Assembly (NCBI RefSeq): GCF_023055435.1
Contig: NW_025963791.1
Span: forward strand, 37,572,001 to 37,636,000
Length of the DNA: 64,000 nucleotides
Reading direction: 5' to 3'
From: Haliotis rufescens
Lineage: Eukaryota
The translations under genes were made by a program, and so were the position numbers. Shown piece after piece: positions 63,563 through 64,000 of the stretch. The notes below the pieces were generated by a model, which was not told the DNA's origin, did not search any database, and worked only from the letters and a program-made list of their open reading frames with translations. Each line of letters begins with the position of its first letter. Position 1 is the first letter of the stretch.

Positions 63563-64000
63563 GTAACACAAGAATCCTTGGAAATACACATATTTGATGC
63601 TCAACATTTGATCATTTGAGTTGATGTTTGTGATATATAGGCATGGTAAACTTTGTAAAACATCACAGTTTGTAAAAACTATTAGCGTCATAAAACCAAA
63701 CTTATTCAACCAATTAACTTTTAACTAAAGGTAATTCATATAAATAATGCAATAAACAATGTAATTTGTGAAGACTGATAGGTGCAGTAGGTTTTAGTGG
63801 GTTGAAGTAGGCACGTGAATTAAGCCCATGGGTAGGGGCAATATCACGAGAAATATGAGCTTTATTCTCATTTTTGTAGTCACAGTCCAGCGGAAAGAGT
63901 CGAACAATTGCATCTTTCCAAAAGATTCGGGCGAGACATGATGTACCGGAAAGCGTTGTCATAACAGAGACAGCTATCCATGTAAATCTAGACCATAGAT

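Overview
AT-rich, intron-containing eukaryotic DNA, probably from an invertebrate. The SINE families resemble molluscan (abalone-type) ones, but I am recalling that, not verifying it. I built the gene models by hand from GT-AG junctions and codon phases. There are two complete 7-exon trypsin-family (S1A) protease genes on the minus strand (102-8826 and 44379-53839) with the same intron phases, plus two broken partial copies of them (12116-13774 and 37865-41677). There are three 2-exon glutamine synthetase type I / lengsin-like genes (31379-33398 minus, 57564-60387 plus, and one starting at 63430 that runs off the window). Two large inverted duplications sit back to back across about 28.7-50.3 kb. 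The rest is Tc1/mariner elements, LINE, Penelope-like and Academ-like relics, four tRNA-type SINE families and several minisatellites. The most unusual signal is that each intact protease gene carries an intronic minisatellite built from one of its own splice junctions. One is about 36 x 63 bp copies of the catalytic-His exon end plus the GTAAGT donor. The other is 13 x 35 bp copies of branch point + YAG acceptor + first exon bases.
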